Source of the DNA: Mesotaenium endlicherianum | Lineage: Eukaryota | Assembly (NCBI GenBank): GCA_009602735.1 | Contig: WELA01001462.1 | Coordinates: 22,523 to 86,522, forward strand | Length of the DNA stretch: 64,000 nt | Direction: 5' to 3' | Shown: in pieces, positions 60,788-64,000 of the stretch | Numbering within the stretch: the first letter of the stretch is position 1 | Layout: every line of letters starts with the position of its first letter | The notes under the pieces: generated by a model | What the model was told of the DNA's origin: nothing | Seen by the model: only the letters and a program-made list of their open reading frames with translations | Database searches by the model: none | Program-made: the position numbers and the translations under genes

Positions 60788-63748
60788 ATGGACCAATTTC
60801 ACTTCAGAGACTTTCTCTTTGAGTCATCTAGAAGTTCAGAAGAGTGCCTCGAAGAAGCTGCAAGGCTGATTGGAGCTGCAAATAGTGTGGTGGCTTTCAC
60901 GGGGGCAGGAATTTCGGTTGAGTCTGGTATGAGTCTTCACACTTAAGGTCCGTTCTTTTTGTCAAGATGCGCTGTATGCTCATATATCTTCAACTATGAA
61001 CTAGGTGCATATTGCAGGCCTTGAACAGCAACTAAGTCCGGTCAGTATTTGTGACATTCTTTGCCTCGCAATTCTCTCAAGGATCGTCATATGAACGAGC
61101 TTCATTCATGCTAGAGAAGGTGGCTCCCATATTCTCACTGCTGAGTGCAACACCAAGAAGTTGTGTTCTCTTCCTTCCACAAATTAGTTGTCAATGATTG
61201 AGCAAGCGTTTATATTTGGACAGGTCTTTTTCATGAACTAGTCTAACTTCTCTGCGAATGTCAAAGCGTCGAGTTCTTGCTTGATTGTATTTGATGCGCA
61301 AGAGCATGTACCTTGTGCTCAGTAATACTTGCAGAGAGATTTGTGTATCGATCACTGTATACTGACCAAAGCCTTCTGGAGGGAGAAAGGATGACCCAAG
61401 TGACATTTATAGCTATGACGCGAGTTTCTCATTCTGCAGCAGCTGTTGGGTACTTGCTTGAAAGCATGAGATTGACCTTAACCATTTGCTCTGTAGGAAT
61501 TCCTGATTTCCGAAGTGCAAATGGATTGTGGTCTAAGTTTGACCCTGCCATTTATTGCAACTACGCCATTTTCTTGGAACGGTAAGCTTAATACTAGCTG
61601 ATTCTTTCTGTCCCAAGTCTGTCATTTAACTGATGAAGCAAAAGAGCTGCAAGCAGGAACAAGTCCCTCACATAGTAATCTGGTCTTTATCTCTAGTCAT
61701 AGGCTGTGAGCAAAGCTTTTGTGTCCTTCCCTCTGGCTTGTCATGACTAGTTGCTCAATTGCACAATGTCTCTGCAATCCTTATGGCCAACCAGAAAATT
61801 TCTTTGGCCATTGGGTACTAGACTGCAAGGTGGTGAAGTCCTACATGATGTAATACCTTCCATGGGTGTCTTTCCTCATTCTCAGACAAAACCCTGGGTT
61901 GTATCTGGGAATAGCAATACAGCCACTTTGCTGCCTGTCTTTGATCATTGGTACAAGGCTCATTGCGTTTCTGGTGGTCACTTGTAAGTGCCTTCTGTCA
62001 TTGTCATGCTGTCTCTTCAATGTACTATGAGTTCCTCAGCTAACTGATGCAGTTCTCTTACAAATGCTGTCAGGCCAGAGCTGTTCTGGGAGATGGCAAG
62101 AGATATGGAGAGCTTGATAAGTAACGCAAAGCCCAACCCAGCTCATAGTGCTCTTGTGGAGCTGGAGTCAATGGGCAAATTAAGCTGCATCATTACTCAG
62201 AACGTTGACAACCTGCACCAGGTGCTGCAGCAAGCCTACTTTTGCACACTGGTGTCTGCATGCCAAGCTGGTTGCACCAGTTCTTATTATGGATTGCAGT
62301 AGAAAAAGTGTCGCAGCCACTTGGGGTGCATTCACTCGTCAAGTGTCCTTTCTGCTCGCCGCCGAATATCATGACTCCACGTGTCTTTATAACCAACTCT
62401 TTTACATGATACTCCTACTGTCAGACCTCACTGAGGAAGTTCTGCACACTTCGCTCTGAATCTAGTGCAACACACCTAGTCCTTTGTCTGGCAGGCCTCC
62501 CCGTGTCTGGAATCGTATCATTAAGCATGAATCTTTTTTAGACAGTGGTATGCCCGGAAAGTTCCTGGCTAGTAAAAGTGAATCACTTGTACAGTATCTG
62601 GCTTCTTTGTGCAGGAGGCAGGCAGCACACAAGTGTGGGAGCTTCATGGAACGGCACAGACTTTTACCTGCATGGCCTGTAAGGAGCACTTTCAGGCTCC
62701 AGACATTCTACCCCTCCTCTCCCTGGTACGACAATCCCCCTGTGTGCAAAGACAGTAATTTAGTTTATCAAATATAGTTGTAGGACCGGTACTTCGCTGA
62801 ACTTTGGTCTAAGCAGCTCCTTTGGGTGAAAGTCAAGAGCTGGTCTGGGGCGTCATAGCTAGCTGTTATGGGCACTAGACTTGAAGTTTGCTCAGAAGGC
62901 GTGTTAATTCTTGCTGTTTGCGTCTGGACTCATCTTGGACGCTTGGTTGCGGGCGCTGAAGGGTAGGAGGTGAAAGTGCCGCTCTGCAAAGTCTGCGATG
63001 GTATTCTCAAGATGGACGTCATCCTGTTTGGCGAATCGCTGCCCAGAGAGATCATGGAGAAAGCTATGCAGGCAGCCCTGCACGCAGATGTGATGCTTGT
63101 GGTTGGCACGTCATTGCAGGTTCGTTGGGCCTGGTCCTCGTGAGGAGGGTTACCTTAAGAGATAGTCCCGCAGACTATGCTTTGAACTTTCTTTGGCTGT
63201 GACAAATTTCAGCAGCTTGTCTAGTCTTTGGCTGGTCTGCAGGATGTAATCGGTAGACTCTGCCCTTAAATGACACTGAATGTTCACCTTTAATGCTGCC
63301 TTAGGTCTTAGAGGAGCACGTAATAGGTGTATTGCATTCTTGTGTATCACCTATCGCCTGCCAGCTTGTCTCTACCCTATTGTTGGTGCCTTGGGTGCAT
63401 ATAAGTAGCTCGCTCGAGCATGTGTATCAAGTTAAAAGCCTTCTATGCAGGACCAGCGCCCTAAAGTCAAGTGTGCACAAATGCTTGATCAGTGAAAGGT
63501 TAGCCTGGTGAGTCTCCAGTCCTCTACTTCATGGCATTGAAGATTCTCCTTTGCAGGTATCGCCAGCCAATCAGCTGACGGAGATCTGTAAGGTGAGGGG
63601 CGGCAAGCTTATTATTGTGAACACAAGTGCGGATGCACTAGACGAGGCAGATGTTGGACTTCAAGGTTGCGCAGGGGAGGTGTTGCCCAAACTCCTTGAG
63701 GCATGCCGGAGGCAGTCTGGCAGTAAAGCAAGCAGCTCATTGCTCTAG
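60788..63748 (+). CDS. NAD-dependent deacylase, sirtuin (Sir2 family; 6 exons)
   Basis: Exons at 60788-60926, 61497-61581, 62074-62221, 62615-62725, 62967-63119 and 63557-63748. Motifs: FTGAGISVESG|IPDFRSANGLW, PNPAH, ITQNVDNLHQ|EAGS, ELHGT, zinc ligands CMAC and CKVC, VILFGESLP, VVGTSLQ|VSPAN, IIVN. Confidence 0.95.
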
Positions 63749-64000
63749 TCTCTCCTCGTCACTTTATGCCACACATGTGATAAACTTCTTGATGGTGTGT
63801 ACCTTCTTTTGATTTTTTCTGCTAGCATTATTTTTAGTGTTGTAAGCGGAGGAAATGTCTTTGAGCATCTATCTGAAAGTATTATGTGCTTTCACATTTT
63901 ACACTGACTAGGCCAGTAGACTCTTAAAATTTGGATGAGATGTAACAAGTAGCTTCCACAATGATGCAAGCCCATCTATTCCCCTTGCACCTACGAGGTG

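Overview
Eukaryotic, intron-rich nuclear DNA. Gene families and intron style suggest a green plant lineage, probably a streptophyte alga (inference). It is a draft assembly with N gaps at 6403-7210 and 34929-34966 and single Ns at 30074, 48665 and 54369. I spliced seven multi-exon genes by hand: a double-Tudor/AT-hook chromatin protein (+), polyprenol reductase (-), a CYP711/MAX1-like P450 (-), a short ABCC/MRP transporter (+), an EamA/DMT transporter (+), a GH1 beta-glucosidase (-) and a prokaryote-like sirtuin (+). There is also a tRNA-Gly(CCC). The first 10 kb is a mosaic of decayed gene fragments, including three frameshifted SWEETIE/HEATR5 exons. Main observations: (1) two 112-nt mutually exclusive exons in the ABCC gene; (2) a recurring inverted intron design, C-rich after the donor and G- or GT-rich instead of a polypyrimidine tract before the acceptor, suggesting splicing guided by RNA pairing; (3) a reductase-P450-ABCC-EamA-glucosidase run resembling a metabolic gene cluster; (4) a sirtuin unlike land-plant SRT1/SRT2. 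Family assignments come from remembered motifs, not database searches.
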